DNA of 64,000 nucleotides from Eledone cirrhosa (taxonomy: Eukaryota), in the NCBI GenBank assembly GCA_964016885.1, contig OZ024742.1, forward strand, positions 47,554,001 through 47,618,000. Reading direction: 5' to 3'. Position numbers and translations under genes: made by a program. This document shows positions 63,035-64,000 of this stretch, piece by piece; position 1 is the first letter of the stretch, and each line of letters begins with the position of its first letter. The notes below the pieces were generated by a model that saw nothing but the letters and a program-made list of their open reading frames with translations, had not been told where the DNA came from and did no database searches.

Positions 63035-64000
63035 GAATGGTCATACACTGGCGTAATGGTCACTTTCTTAGTCGATTACACTAACTAATACAGCACAAGT
63101 GAAACCTATAATCATAATTACCAGTCTTCAGATGAGAATTTTAAATAAGGCGTTGGTGATACTGAAACCTTCACATGATATTTTGCGACCACTTATAAGC
63201 CAGGAGCCTGATGTATACGAGTGGGACCATTCTGATTCTAAATATGGAGATCTAAATATTTTAAAACGTTAATAAGCATATGGATTTAGGAATGCGATTA
63301 TTCTAAATTGTGCGTAAATAACTAATAAGGTAATACGAAATTCCTTAATAAATAAGGATCAACCTGGAGGATAATAATAGATTCACACTCTCACCTCTTC
63401 CTCTCTCTCTCTATATATATGCATATAATACATATATTTGTACATATATACTTACATCTAATTACATGAATGTGTGTATGTATAAAACAAGACATAGGGG
63501 GAGAAACAGAAAAATAGCTAGGCAAAATAGAGAGCTAGATTAATATTTGCTCATGTATCTATGTAAGTAAGGCTGGAGAGAAAAAAAGTAATCCAAAATA
63601 TAGGCATATACAGTTGATCAATGCGGGTTCACAAAGACATAAGTTATATGGTCAATTACGCATTATGTGTTTCTCATGTATTGCTACACACCATGCATAG
63701 TTTAAGAATAAGAGTTATCTCCCTCTCGTCCAAAGATAGTTTATCGCAAGTGTAAACATATTTGAGTTCATAATGAAAATATAATTTCTTCATATATGCT
63801 GTGAATTTTAGATAAGATTTAGCTTCTCACATCGTGTTATTTCTGGCATGGGTGTACTTTAATTAAGTTAGTACACATCAGTAATTCATTGGATTGATAC
63901 TCCATACTACCTAGAACAAAACCAAGATAATGAGACAATAATATTCCCTGCAGAAGTGGCAAGCCAGTGAAACATTGTTAAGGTTTTCGCAAGATAAATT

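Overview
Gene-free, AT-rich eukaryotic repeat landscape. A cephalopod/octopus-like host is an inference from the SINE and microsatellite content. No host protein-coding gene, rRNA, tRNA or CRISPR array is supported. The window has three zones. (i) ~9.3-43.2 kb is a pile of non-LTR retrotransposons: nine head-to-tail R4/Dong-like RT-RLE copies (three families, two with intact 1130-aa ORFs) sit in (AAT)n tracts, interleaved with decayed Tx1/L1-like elements that also abut microsatellites. (ii) 50.7-56.8 kb is a full-length but pseudogenised Helitron. (iii) 43.4-50 kb and 59.2-63 kb are (TA)n-rich and carry the most interesting signal, a cluster of short, apparently non-coding elements. Each has a type I hammerhead ribozyme and a recurring design of fold-back inverted head, 0.55-1.3 kb monomer and partial direct repeat. 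They resemble retrozymes or non-autonomous Penelope-like elements. All RNA structures were paired by eye and none was computed.
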